A stretch of 64,000 nt of DNA from Octopus sinensis (Eukaryota): positions 193,688,001 to 193,752,000 of the forward strand of contig NC_042998.1 in assembly GCF_006345805.1 (NCBI RefSeq), read 5' to 3'. Every line of letters starts with the position of its first letter. Positions within the stretch are counted from its first letter, which is position 1. The translations under genes and the position numbers were made by a program. Positions 26,756 through 40,083 of the stretch are shown one piece after another. The notes under the pieces were generated by a model. It worked only from the letters and a program-made list of their open reading frames with translations, was not told the origin of the DNA and ran no database searches.

Positions 26756-27550
26756 TCTCTCTCTATATATATAAAGCGAGTGGAGGCGCAATGGCCCAGT
26801 GGTTAGGGCAGCGGACTCGCGGTCATACGATCGCGGTTTCGATTCCCAGACTGGGCGTTGTGAGTGTTTATTGAGCGAAAACACCTAAAAGCTCCACGAG
26901 GCTCCGGCAGGGGATAGTGGTGATCCCTGCTGTACTCCACAACTTTCTCTCACTCTTACTTCCTGTTTCTGTTATACCTGTAGTTCAAGGGGCCGGCCTT
27001 GTCACTCTCTGTGTCACGCTGAATATCCCCGAGAACTACGTTAAGGGTGCACGTGTCTGTGGAGTGCTCAGCCACTTACACGTTAATTTCACGAGCAGGC
27101 TGTTCCGTTGATTCGGTTCAACCGGAACCCTCATCGTCGTAACCGACGGAGTGCTTCCCCTAAAAAATATATAAAGCTGAAGCTGTCTGTGTATGGCAGG
27201 TTTGGTAGCCTTCAACTTACACTATCTCCTCCGAGACCCTGCGTCGCAAGTTGACCAAAATTAAGAGTATGATAGAAGAAGGCTTGCTCTTCCTTCCGTA
27301 GAAGAAAAAATTCAAATCGGACCATGTTAACACTAAAAATTATTTACATCAAAAAGGTGCTTTTTTTTCAATGAAAATCCTTATTTTTTACGATTTTTTA
27401 CTGCTGTGTCGCCATTTTCGGTGTATTTCAACCAGAAAAATGTTCACTTAAAGAGAATAACAAGCTACATAATACAAAATTTTTACTTTTCAAAAATTCA
27501 AATTCTAAAGGGTCGAAACAAACCCGAGCAAAGCAGGGTGATACTACTAG
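26756..27550 (+). mobile_element. Non-autonomous Helitron carrying a SINE insertion
   Basis: A|TC start, subterminal hairpin-like acccgagcaaagcagggt, CTAG|T end. Homologous to 54796-55795. Confidence 0.88.
26778..27166 (+). mobile_element. SINE family B, full length
   Basis: tRNA-like head. 11 bp TSD ATATATAAAGC at 26767-26777 and 27167-27177. Confidence 0.93.
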
Positions 27551-28298
27551 TTCTACATACAACCATAAGCATATGAAGCTTAATTGTCGCACAAACATCT
27601 TTCCTTCATGTTTACGAGTAATATGTGTTTGTTGCTAATATGTCAATATTATTATTAGTAGTAGTATTCTTGTTGTCGCTGTTGTTGTTCTTGTTCATGT
27701 GGCAGGTAGACGTGTTTTTTCTCTCCTAGACATGACATTATTTTTGGCACTACTAAATGAAATTTTTTTCAAGCACTTGCAAAAGTATGGTTCCAAATTA
27801 TTTAAAGAATGCCTGTCCCCGATATACGAGGTAAACAACAAAAAGAAGGATTGTTTTCATAGACTTTTTATTCTATATTTACGAGTACCGGACACAGTTT
27901 CACACTCAAAATGACTATCAGACCCAAATAAGACAAAACGAGGCGAAAAAAACAATAGAAAACCAAGTTACACAACCGAATGAACGAAATGAAAAATTAA
28001 CATTTTGATGAAAAATTCATAGAAAAATATTTCAAACGGACTAACAATAATAAAAACAAAACGACAATGACTACACTCGCACATAGTAAAACTTTTTACA
28101 TCACTCATACAGTCGTTGTTTAGACTAGTCATGCCTCAATGAAATACAAATTTTTTAGATTTAACCCAGCTCCTAGAAAATAGGTAGTTGGAAAAATTTT
28201 GAAAAACTAGCGAGAGATTTTTTTTTGTAAGATCTAAAAGAGAGCCAAGAAAAAATACATGCGTGTTTTAGAAAGGATGATGCTGGGTTACAATTACC

Positions 28299-28351
<53 letters not shown>

Positions 28352-30508
28352 CATTATTATTATTATTATTGTTGTTGTTTTTGTTGTTGTTATCTTCTTT
28401 CAATTTTGTTTCCATTTCTTACCGAGTGTCTTCCTAACACCTAGGGCAAAGAAACTCATTTTATACATTGGTTCGCCATTAAAATAAACACAACAGATTG
28501 TTCATTTATAAAGAAAAGAAAAGCAAAAAGGGAAAAAAATTAAAAAGGAAAGAAAATAAGTGGGGAAAGGAACGAAAATTCTCAGCGACAAAGCTCTTCT
28601 CAGCCCGTGTGACGTACCAGTTAAGACAATCTTTTGGACTTCCTCAAATATTTTTCAGTTCCATTTTTGTTTATTTCAAGTGCGCCTACAATCATTGGTA
28701 TTGTAACCGTCTTGAGATGCCACAGTTTTCGATTTCAATAAGCAGATCTTTATATTTTCTGAGCTTATCAAATTCTTTTGCCGAGCTATTATGATCACAA
28801 GGTATGCTCATGTTAATCAAAAACCAGATTTTATTGTTTGGGCCTTGCACAACAATATCCGGCCTGTACGTACTGGAAAGTCCCAAAAAATGTTATATTT
28901 TCTCTCTCAGTTGAAACCTCGGGATGGGGCTTGTACCATTTGTCAACAGTTTTGATTTTATAATGCCTAGATATCATCCAATATACATACTAGCCAACTC
29001 TGTCATATCTAGATTTATACGCTACTGGTGCTAAAACCGTACACCCAGAGATAAGATGGTTTACTATTTTAATATCATCGTTGCAGTATCAGCACTTTGG
29101 GTCTACACCATTTTTCATCACGTTGGCTTGGTAGTTCCGGGTTAGTAAGTTCTGATATTGAACAGCTAAGATAAAGCATTCGCTCTCTACCTTCAGCCTT
29201 GAGCTCCGTAGCCACTGATGGGTGTGCTTCTGGTCTACACCAGCTTGTTTGCTATGGGCCACATATTTGCTATACACAGGATTTTGTTCCCACCTATCAG
29301 CCAATTGTTTAAACGCTTTTTGCTTTGCCATTGATTTCACCTTCTTTGCAACAACAATTGCCGCACATCCACCATGCTGTTCAATTTTGATATTTTGCAT
29401 GAACTCATTAGTAAATTTTTTTGCTCTCCTTCATGACAGAATGAAGCTTCTTATATCTCTCGTGGTTTTTAACGAGTTTTAGCATCCAGTCGTTAGATGT
29501 TTCAAGATATTTGGCCAGTCCAATTGTGGTGGTTTTGTAAGAGATTTCAAATTGGATCAAGCTTCGCCCTCCTTGGGCTCTGGGAAGGTAAAAACGCTCT
29601 GAGTCTGCCTTTGGTTGGTTCATCTTATAACAAGTCAATAGCTTACGGATTTTTCTCTCAATCTTCCTTATTTCGCTCACATTCCAGTCCAATATATTGA
29701 AACTGTAAATAACAACTGGAACTACTAAGGAATTTATGACTAACACCTTGTAATTCGGATTTAGAACTACTCGAACTTTCCTTCCTGATCTTCTCTTTCA
29801 TGCTTGCTTGCTGAATGCCAGATTTCTCGTTTGTTCCGAGGTATTTGTAAGTTTGTTCCTGCTTAAGTTGTTTTATAATTGTGTCAACATCTAACACAAG
29901 TGAATGAGAGGTTTTCACTTGCCCTTCTCTGAAAAGTGACCTTGGCACATTTATCAAGACCAAATTCCATCCCGATGTCCTCACTGAATGCTTTCACAGT
30001 TCGCAGTAGACCTTCAAGCTCATTATTGTCTTTACCATAGAGTTTTAAGTCATCCATGTAAAATAGATGGCTTATCTTCTTGTCGTCAATTTTATACCCA
30101 TACCCTGTTCAGTTAAGTTCACTTGTTCTGATATTGAACAGCTAAAATAAAACCTTCGCTCTCTACCTTCAGCCCTGTTGATATTAATATTGTTTGTGGT
30201 CAGTATTCCATTAGAGTGGTATAACTGGAGATTCGTATTCCACGCTGACACGTTGTCCTTCAGGAAGTTTGAAGTCAAAGGAGAAATTTTGAAGATATCC
30301 AACAACTTCAAGATCCATGGATGCAGTATGTTGCCAAAGGCCTTTTTATAATCAATCCTGCGTTCCTGCGTTTGTTGTGACAGTTCTCAAGGATCATGTG
30401 ATTGAGAGCTTGTCTTTGCATCTATATTAACCTGTCGGCATCCTTTTTAGTTCAGTGGGGAAATATCTTTCTGTTCCATAAATTTTATGCTTTCTACATG
30501 AGTAGAGT

Positions 30509-30519
30509 TATCATCATCA

Positions 30520-30564
<45 letters not shown>

Positions 30565-30581
30565 TATTATTATTATTATTA

Positions 30582-30645
<64 letters not shown>

Positions 30646-30676
30646 CATTATTATTATCATTATTATTATTATTATG

Positions 30677-30719
<43 letters not shown>

Positions 30720-30756
30720 TATTATTATTATTATTATTATTATTGAGTGAGAGCAA
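30509..30756 (-). repeat. (ATT)n tract ending in a ~12 bp remnant of the 555 bp element, inside the LINE RT region
   Basis: The tract ends tattattgagtgagagc, the same junction as at 33099 and 34555. Confidence 0.75.
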
Positions 30757-32145
30757 TATATACTAGAATGCTGCAAAGCATCGTTGTAAAGTTTTGTTTA
30801 GTCGTTCATGACTCTCTGGGAAGGCATTCAACCAGAAGTTAGGAATGTTATCATTTCCTGGAGACTTCCATTTGCTTGACCTCCTGAGAGCAGATCTTAT
30901 ATCTTCTAAGTCTTTAGATATTCTATGAATCCAAGGTGCCTTTTCATTGTGTGTTTTTTCTTCTGCCCAAATTTTATTCCAAAATACTTGCACTTCTTTT
31001 GATGGGACAGACTTTTCTGTAACTGTATCTTCCCTATCTTCCTGTAAAAATTTTGGGGGTTATTTTGGAACATGTTTTCCCTGAAGAATCTAACGCACTT
31101 TTCATACCTTGCTATGCGGGCAACTTTAGCTCATACCTTTTGCTTGATGGTTTCTATGTCAAATATGGTTTTCATATTATATTTTTTCTTTAATTTTCAG
31201 GTTTTTGTAGGTTTGATAGTCTTGTTAAACTTAAGGTTTTTCAAACAGTCTATGTCAGACCTAAGTAGCTTAATTTGGTGTTGAATACTCTCTTGCCAAA
31301 AAGGCTTTTTGTGGGAATGTTGTTTTCTAATCTTTTCATTACATGGAATCGTTGAGATTTTCGCGGATGCATAGTACAGGTGGTTGAGATCTGTAATATC
31401 AACATCATTAGCTGAAATCATATCCTTAAGTGCAAGGCGGATTTTACCAATTATTTTCGGGTTTTGGTTAGAATCGCGAATTTTTGGGAGAGTATCGCGT
31501 TCATCCGTACTGGTTTCTTTAATTTTCAACCATTCAATCATGATTTGATTTTTTTAGATCATGTGGTTCTGTTGAGTCAATTTTTGTGTGACTTTCTTCA
31601 TCTTTTTGATTTTCATCTGCCTTAGTGTTTATGGTTGGTTCAGAAAGTGCTTCCCTTTGCTTATCACTTGCATTAACTCTTTCAATCATTACTGCAATTT
31701 CATCAGCCCTGGGCTGGTCTATAATTATTTCCTCTGTAGTATCTTCTTTAGCTGCAGCTTCGTTCTTTTTATCCCTTACTGCTTGTTTAATTTGGTCAAT
31801 CTCTACTTCACTTAGTAATTTTTTTCCATAACGTTTCTTTCGACGTTGGCAAGTTTGTTACTGTCTATGTAGAGTCTTACTTCAAGGTGTTTCTGCCTCC
31901 AGTTTAAGTAGGTTTGTACAGTATTAGATTTATTTTGGGGGAAAATATATGGCATGGTAGGAGGCCGTAAGAACTTCTTTATCTCCCCTAGATCATTTTA
32001 CATTATTTTTCTTTTGGTTGTTTGATGACGAACATGGATGGCCATCTGTTGGAATATTCCGGTTGTGGGGTACTTCCAGCTCCTGTGTGTCGGGAAGATT
32101 TGAACAAGTAGCTGATTTCACGTATCGAATCTGGTTCTTTATTCG

Positions 32146-32545
32146 AGTACGTGGCCTTTTCTAAATCTGGTTTGTATTTTGCTTTGTTAACCACGTGAGG
32201 CATGGAAAGCTTCGACGTTGACATTAGGGGACAGATCTGTTTATTTAGGGTTAATTTTTTGAGAGAACACCGTCTCTGAGTTCTCTGCATGTAAACATTG
32301 CTCGTACCGTAGCTTCTTAAGGCTAACATATCTATATCGAGTACGTGGCCCTTTGTGATCCGGTCGACGACTAATCTGGTTTGTAATTTGCTTTGTTATC
32401 ACTGAGGCATGACGAGCTTCGACGTTGACATTAGGGGACGGCTTTGTCTGTTTAGGGTCAATTTTTTTGAGACAACACCGTCACCGAGTTCTCTGCATGT
32501 AAACATTGCTCGTACCGTAGCTTCTTCAGACTAATAGATCTGTAT
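32146..32545 (-). repeat. ~195-205 bp tandem duplication in the 5' part of the LINE
   Basis: cgagtacgtggcc...gcttcgacgttgacattaggggac...catgtaaacattgctcgtaccgtagcttctt occurs twice. Confidence 0.9.
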
Positions 32546-33098
32546 TCGTCTGTATTTTTTTTTTGTAGGTTTATCTTCGAGCATAGTTTTTTGTGGTGTT
32601 TTTAAACTTATGAAATGGTTCACTCTGTCTGTGTTAGTTCAAAAAAGAAAAAAGAAAAAAAAGGTTTTTCTTTGGTTTTTGCTTCGTTTGTGACACGTGA
32701 TTTCATATGCGTGAATGTGTCTTGTAAATTTCACGTAGTTGCGTAAACTTTGAGATGTATGTGTAATCCTATGGGTATCAAAATGTATATATGATTGTGT
32801 AGACATTCGAGTGTATGCGTAATTACTCGATTTATATACTTACAGTTTTGCTCCATTTCTATTTTGTAATTTGTAAACTTTCCAATGTTGACTTCGTGTG
32901 TGTATACCGCTCGTTTCACTGAAACATCGTACATAGGAGAAACTGTGCTTTGTATGGCAGTATAATTTCGTTTTTTTTGGGGGGGGAGGGTTCGTTAAAA
33001 GACCGCTTCCTTCGAGTCTTCCACGGGTTCCTTTATCTAATTACATTAATGTTATTGGATTAGATTTGTTTTTGAATATCATTATTATTATTATTATT

Positions 33099-33654
33099 GA
33101 GTGAGAGAGCAGTGCATGCCATCAAAGTGGCACTTGGGGTAAAATATACGAAGCGCAATATACCCATCATGACTACCCGTCTGATAAGGGTACACCAGGC
33201 ACATGCATCACAACCATATGTGCGTGACATGGTGATCTTATATCAAGATAAACAGCACACGACCTTGCAGGTGGGGCCCAGTTAGAATTTTCTTCCGGTC
33301 GAGTAGCCCATCCAGCTCAAAAGGTCCCTGAATAAGGATTGTTTAAGGATGTTGAATGAACCACCCATGTTTCCAAAGGTTATTTAACCAAACCTCCAAG
33401 AATTCCTTTCAAGACATGGCTATGTTGCTTTCCCACTACTTCTGCTCGTGATCAGAGATGCACATATCGTCAGCCACTAAGGGACATGGTCAGCTGGTTA
33501 CGGTCAAACAACTGACAAGCAATTCTGTGGTATTGAGCAGAATATTTGCTGTAGCCCAACTTTTATACTAAGACAAACAATGTACATAACACTTTCAATT
33601 GGTTAAGATCAGAAGCAACGAGAGCCACTGTCTAGTACTGCATCAGGGCATTTA
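33099..33654 (-). mobile_element. ~555 bp non-coding (TAA)n-associated retroposon, copy 1
   Basis: Runs gagtgagagagcagtgcatgcc...catcagggcattta on +, bounded by ATT tracts and colinear with copy 2. Confidence 0.88.
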
Positions 33655-33655
33655 C

Positions 33656-33713
<58 letters not shown>

Positions 33714-33768
33714 GTTGTTGTTGGTGGTGGTATTGTTATTATTATCATTATTATTATTGTTATTATTA

Positions 33769-33813
<45 letters not shown>

Positions 33814-33829
33814 TATTATTATTATTATT

Positions 33830-34388
33830 GAGGGAGAGAGTAGTGCATGCCATCAAAGTGACACTGGGGTAAAATATGCGAATCTCAACATACCCATCAT
33901 GACTACCCGTCTGATAAGGGTACACCAGGCACATGCATCACAACCATATGTGCGTGACATGGTGATCTCATATCAAGATAAACAGCACATGACCTTGCAG
34001 GTGGGGCCCAGTTAGAATTTTCTTCTGGTCGAGTAGCCCATCCCACTGAAAAGGTCCCTGAATAAGAATTGTTTAAGGATGTTGAACGAACCACCCCTGT
34101 TTCCAAAGGTGAATTATCCAAACCTCCAAGAATTCCTTTCAACACATGGCTATGTTGCTTCCCCACTACTTCTGCTCGTGATCAGAGATGCACATATCGT
34201 TAGCCACTAAGGGACATGGTCAACTGGTTACGGTCAAACAACTGACAAGCACATCTGTGGTATTGAGCAGAATATTTACTGTAGCCCATCTTTTATACCA
34301 AGACAAAACAATGTACATGATAACACTTTCAATCATTTAAGATCAGAAGCAACGAGAGCCACTGCCTGGTACTGCATCAGGGCATTTA
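33830..34388 (-). mobile_element. ~555 bp (TAA)n-associated retroposon, copy 2
   Basis: Same termini as copy 1, bounded by trinucleotide tracts. Confidence 0.88.
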
Positions 34389-34491
34389 CTGTTGTTGCTG
34401 TTGTTGTTGGTGGTGGTGGTGGTGGTGGTATTGTCATTATTATCATTATTATTATGAGGGTTATCCGAGGTGTGGTTATTGCTAGTTGAAA

Positions 34492-34554
<63 letters not shown>

Positions 34555-34728
34555 GAGTGAGCGAGCAGAGCATGCCATCAAAGTGACACTGGGGTAAAAT
34601 ATGCGAAGCCCAGTATATCCATCATGACTACTCGCCTGATAAGAGTACACTAGGCACATGCATCGCAACCATATGTGCGCGACATGGTGATCTCAGATCA
34701 AGATAAACAGCGCATGACCTGGCAGGTG
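34555..34728 (-). mobile_element. ~555 bp element, truncated copy 3
   Basis: Matches the first ~175 bp (+ strand) of copies 1 and 2, then switches into (GGT)n at gcaggtgg. Confidence 0.85.
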
Positions 34729-35385
34729 GTGGTGGTGGTGGTGGTGGTGGTGGTACAACAGTGATAATAGCTCTGGGGGTACAATCGTAGGGATTTCACT
34801 ACTGCAGTTAGTGCTGTTATTAATGTGGTGGTGGTGGTGGTGGTACAACAGTGATAATAGCTCTGGGGGTACAATCGTAGGGATTTCACTACTGCAGTTA
34901 GTGCTGTTATTAATGTGGTGGTGGTGGTGGTGGTACAACAGTGATATAGCTCTGGGGGTACAATCGTAGGGATTTCACTACTGCAGTTAGTGCTGTTATT
35001 AATGTGGTGGTGGTGGTGGTGGTACAACAGTGATAATAGCTCTGGGGGTACAATCGTAGGGATTTCACTACTGCAGTTAGTGCTGTTATTAATGTGGTGG
35101 TGGTGGTGGTGGTACAACAGTGATAATAGCTCTGGGGGTACAATCGTAGGGATTTCACTACTGCAGTTAGTGCTGTTATTAATGTGGTGGTGGTGGTGGT
35201 GGTACAACAGTGATAATAGCTCTGGGGGTACAATCGTAGGGATTTCACTACTGCAGTTAGTGCTGTTATTAATGTGGTGGTGGTGGTGGTGGTGGTACAA
35301 CAGTGATAATAGCTCTGGGGGTACAATCGTAGGGATTTCACTACTGCAGTTAGTGCTGTTATTAATGTGGTGGTGGTGGTGGTGC
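34729..35385. repeat. ~90 bp minisatellite x7
   Basis: Unit (GGT)n-acaacagtgataatagctctgggggtacaatcgtagggatttcactactgcagttagtgctgttattaatgt. Copies are almost identical. Confidence 0.97.
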
Positions 35386-35782
35386 AACTGCTGCTGCTGC
35401 TGCTGCTGGGTACTGTGGTGACGATGATGGTGGGGGTCGATCGTCGTTGTCGTTATCGTCGTCGTCATGGTGGCGGAGGACTACATACTAATATACTCTC
35501 AACAGTCTATTGAGAATGCGGTTGCTACTGCTGCTGCTGCTACTGCTTCTACATCTGATGATGATGTTCATAAGGTGTAAGGGGGGGGGGGGGGGAGGTG
35601 ATGAAGGAAGAGGAGAGAAAGCCATTTCGGTGGCTGTATATTGCAGAAGATATATCAGTGATGTTGCTAACGTTGATGATGACGAGCCAAATAATGAGGC
35701 AGTGATTGGTGGAGATTGAGAGATTAATGGGGGAAAGAGAGAGAGAGAGCGAGAAAGAGAAAGGCTGCACGTTTGTTGTTTC

Positions 35783-35814
<32 letters not shown>

Positions 35815-36090
35815 GTGATGGTGATGGTGATGGTGATGATGATGATGGTGATGATGGTGATGATGGTGATGATGATGACGATGGTGATGATGATGATGAT
35901 GATGGCGACGACGACGACGACGACGACTTCGACGACGACGACGATGATGATGATGATGATGATAATGATGATGATGATGATGATAACGATGGTGATGATG
36001 ATAACGATGGTGATGTTGATGATGATGATGGTGATGATGATGGTGATGATGATGATGATGATGATGATGACGATGGGGATGATGATGATG
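35783..36090. repeat. (GAT)n/(GGT)/(GAC) trinucleotide tract
   Basis: Seen directly. It explains the poly-D/M/H/S ORFs. Confidence 0.95.
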
Positions 36091-37158
36091 GGGAGGGGGT
36101 GATGTAACTCCTATCACAAGCTATATCCTTTCGAATCTGTTTTGTCCGTTTGTAAGAGATAATTAATAGTTCTGGCCATGTTCTAATGACTTCAGATTTC
36201 AAACGAAATACTTAGGTTTAAAATGTCAAGTATAGGGTTTGGAAATGTTTTTGTTTAGTTTTTTTTTTATTTTTGTTTTGTTTTTGTTTTTGTTTTTGCT
36301 TTTGCTTTACTCATATTCCATATTTATTAATCAGTAATTTTCTTTCCAGTCAATGATAAAAATGATACGAGAGAGGGGTTTTGAAATGCGAAGAAAACGG
36401 GTAAAAGATACAGAGCGGCCTAGATAGGATTTAATAATGAATGCATCGGTTTCTGCTATGAAAGAACATTTCTAATGTATCATTAGAGTCTTTATTGCAA
36501 TGTCTGAATAGCAATCTACTCTACTCTGGCCGATATATTTAGTATTTATTGCGTTGCACTGAAAGCTGTTGCCTCGAGGTCACGTATGGGAATTGATAGG
36601 AATTCCATGTGAATACATCAAACAAAGGATGAAAGCCATATATCCATGGAGTCATCGATTGTAATTTCACATTGGTAACTATTGAAATAAAGAGTGTTAA
36701 AGATATTTTTGCATGTAAACGATAAAATCTGCAGCTTTGTTAAATGAATATATTGATTAACATAAATGAAAGAAATGATATATAAACTGAAGTAAATATC
36801 ATACTGAAACTATTACTGAGAGTATTAAAATATATATTTTTTTTTTTTAGTTATTGCGGTGAAATTATAAAAATCCTTTTACTTATCTGGGTTGTTTATT
36901 TGTTTTATAACTCAATTGATTAACAATAGTGCATTGGATATAGGCTTCCAGCAGCTCAATCACTGATTCAGTTCTGGCGGGAAGTGGGACAAGAGAGTAT
37001 GTAACACGATGCAGAGCAAATACCACAAGGGACTTCTTTTGTAAAGCACCGTTTAGTCGGCTTTTTTGACGATATACACCGGCGAAAGATAAAGACACAT
37101 ATGCACATACAATCATACACACACACACTTACACACACATGCACACACACACATTCAC

Positions 37159-37210
<52 letters not shown>

Positions 37211-37460
37211 ACATACACACACACACGTAGCACACAAACATGCGCATGCACATACATACATGCATATGTTTACGATGGGCTTCCCTCAATTTTTATCATC
37301 CACTCTCAATGTATTTGTGATTCCGAAACTATGGTGGAAGACGCTTGCCCAGGGTGTCAAGGGGTGGATCGACTCGGGCCATGTAGTTGCGAAACCAGCT
37401 TCTTAACTACACAACCATCCCTACACCTTTATAAATATATTCCTTTATTCCTTTATTCTG

Positions 37461-37655
37461 CTTCGGCAACCGGCGGCTCCTCGGTCGTTCTGTCCCTGCG
37501 TCTGTGGACAATCTGCGGCAAACAGGATGTCTCCACATGCGGGATTGTTTGGGACGACTTGTGAAATCCACATATTCCCACGAAACTTCTTCCATGAGTA
37601 GAAGAAGCCGACTCAACCCGCCCAGATTGAATGTCGCCACAAGTACAAGTAAGTA
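37461..37655 (+). mobile_element. 5'-truncated copy of the RTE-derived short element
   Basis: Matches 53190-53410 (tcggcaaccggcggctcctcggtcgttctgtccctgcg...acaagtacaagta). Confidence 0.88.
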
Positions 37656-38507
37656 AAAGCAATCATAAATATGTTAAGTGAATCAAACGTTTAATATTTG
37701 TCATGTATATCAGGGATGAAGTGGCGTGTATTAAAATGTTCTGTATTTTATGCAGAAGCGAAAGTGTGAAAAAAGAAATGAAACTAATCGTGGTAAGATT
37801 TGAACTCATAAAATGAACAACAAATGAAACACTAATGAATTCAATCATAATCAATGGAAATTATTAATAATCTAGCTATTGATTCAGTAGCTCCATTATC
37901 GATTTGAAAAAAATAAATACATAAAACGCAGCTTGCCATAAATTTTACTGAATGACAGAGTAAAGCGACCTCAGACTTTTTCCAAAGCATTTCCTGAATT
38001 CCACATGATGATGATGAAAACAAATAGCAGTTTCTCAAGGTTTCTAATTTATGAAGCTTCTACTAAAAATTATGCATTTTTTAAATGGAGTGGGATGGGT
38101 TGGAAGGGTTTCGGATATTAATTTATCATATTTATGTAAATCCACAGATGTGTAAAGGAGACAACAATTTGATTGAAACAATGTCATTATATGACTGACA
38201 CTGATTTATTAGAGCCCGTCATACGTAGATACTACAAATACAGATTCAAGCACAGTTTCTGACATTTTCCTAAACCTTGTTGAAATAAAGTATTAATACT
38301 TATTATAATAATGACTTACCACTTTGACACGCGGTCATATATTTGTAGTAGCTGGCAAGTGGGGTTACGGTTCATTAGATATCTACTAATTAAATTAGCC
38401 ACTGGGAAATGTTAGACGAAGGGTTTGTAATCTGAATGTAACAGGTAATATTAATTTTGTTAGACATTCTGTCATTGCTACCCCCTCCCCAGCTCAGCTG
38501 ACATAAT

Positions 38508-38930
38508 GGATCTTTTCGGTTTGAACGGCAGTTTTTAACATAATTTCTAGGTAACTAAAAAATTTTAAACTTCGTATACTGGTAGAATGTGTTCATAAAA
38601 CATATTTTTCTCTTGGCTTTTATGAGAAAATTTTATAGTTTGTAAGATATTTGTTGTTTTTTCTTCAATTTCTGCAATTTCAACCAATCAATGACGTCCA
38701 TTGGGGTAAAAAAAACATTCTGTGCCGTATGAATATGTTCCTCGTTTAAGAAACAGATTGGGTTTATTTACATTTCTGAAGAAAAAAAGATACCCTTTCC
38801 CCCACCCCTAACCCTAACCCTAACCCTGAAACTGATTGAAATGCAATAGATCGATACTAGAGTCATAATTATGCGTGACAATTTCATATGACACCGCTAG
38901 AAAAAACTGCCGTTCAAATCGAAAAGATCC
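38508..38930 (+). mobile_element. MITE copy 2
   Basis: Same TIRs. TSD GACATAAT at 38500-38507 and 38931-38938. Confidence 0.95.
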
Positions 38931-39477
38931 GACATAATTACTACAGTCTATAGTTTGTTTTGTAGTTTGTTTCTCACAGCGTGGAAAAGGATGGGCTTTC
39001 ATAGAAAAGGGTCGTTGTCTATTGAAAGGACAGCGCTACACGGACAGGCATTTCTCTTCAGAACCATAAAACATTTTATTCTACACAGCTATTAGATAAA
39101 ACTCAAGAGGTACCAACAATGAAATGGAGTTCGAAAATAAAGTTCTACTGGAACTTATTGGCATTAATTCACTTGTCGACACGCTCCGATACTGCCTCTC
39201 AAAACTGGCTAGGTTCGTACCTTCCTCGCCGATCTTATGTCCAAAGTCCTGGCCCCGCACCAAAATCTCTGCACTACTTTTCCTTTCCAAAATGTCGGTC
39301 CTAAGGGATTTGCTCCCTGCACATTTTCTTCTACCGTAGTCGTCTTACAACAGTTTGAAAGTAACGCTAACACTAATTTCTCGACGGCCTTAGAGGGCCT
39401 GCCTGGTCCATGAGCACTTCCCCCATTTCCTCATAGACCAGCCTGGCAGAAGGAAAAATTAATATCTTACTGGTACC

Positions 39478-39670
39478 AAGGCGGTGAGCTGGTAGATTCG
39501 TTAGCACGCCGGAAAAATGCTTAGCGGCATTTCGTCCGCCTTTTTGTTCCGCATACAGATTCTGCTGAGATCGACTTTGTCTTTCATCTTTTCTGGATCG
39601 ATAAAATAATTACCAGTAGAGCCCTGATCCTCGAAATCGCTGGCCTTGTGCCAAAATTCGAAACCAATAC
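39478..39670 (+). mobile_element. SINE family A, old subfamily
   Basis: aaggcggtgagctggtagattcgttagcacgccgg...gctggccttgtgccaaaattcgaaaccaat. Confidence 0.82.
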
Positions 39671-40083
39671 ATTACTGTCATTTATTACTTCAACCCGAAG
39701 ACTGATAATAAATTTTTACTGATGGGAATTTCCGTACATTTAAAGAGGAAACTAAAAGCAATGAAATACGCACTCCAGTGCTTCACTGTTTCTGCCAACT
39801 CATTGTAAATACATCATCATGATTAAATGAATGAAATAACGTTATATATCTAAAAGGCCACAAATGAACTGTTGATAATGAAGCAACAGTTATTTATGTA
39901 GTGAAAAGCAATAAATTACCGGAGTACATGCTTTACTGGGATGATTTCGAATTAATTTGTTAGCTGAATCGTTTAAGGTCATATCCCATCAAAATCTTTA
40001 AGGGTTTTTTAATCCTTAAGTATTCAAGACAACGGTAGACTTTCCCTCTGGTCGACCGGTTTGCGAAAATAAGCAACTAAATT

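Larger units (their letters stand above)
28393..33050 (-). mobile_element. Near full-length but decayed R4/Dong-type LINE (second family)
   Basis: N-terminal region (DITDLNHLYYASA), WKSPGNDNIPNFWL, HLFYMDDLK, YKYLG, GGRSL, ILAVQYQNLLTRNY and the RLE motif RPDIVV...LINMSIP.D...KEFDKLRKYKDL. The 3' end lies in (TAA)n at 28300-28392. The 5' boundary is approximate. Confidence 0.9.

Noticed and set aside
26780-26855. tRNA gene (also 56518-56590 and 58341-58410)
   Set aside because: These are tRNA-like SINE heads continuous with SINE bodies, with TSDs at the first two. No complete cloverleaf or terminator.
32985-33050. HDV-like ribozyme at the 5' end of the R4 element
   Set aside because: I could not find a P1 partner or pseudoknot on the minus strand.
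39081-39450. Short ORFs in a GC-richer patch (also 42960-43260 and 61380-61735)
   Set aside because: They are probably retroelement debris, but no diagnostic motif was recognised.
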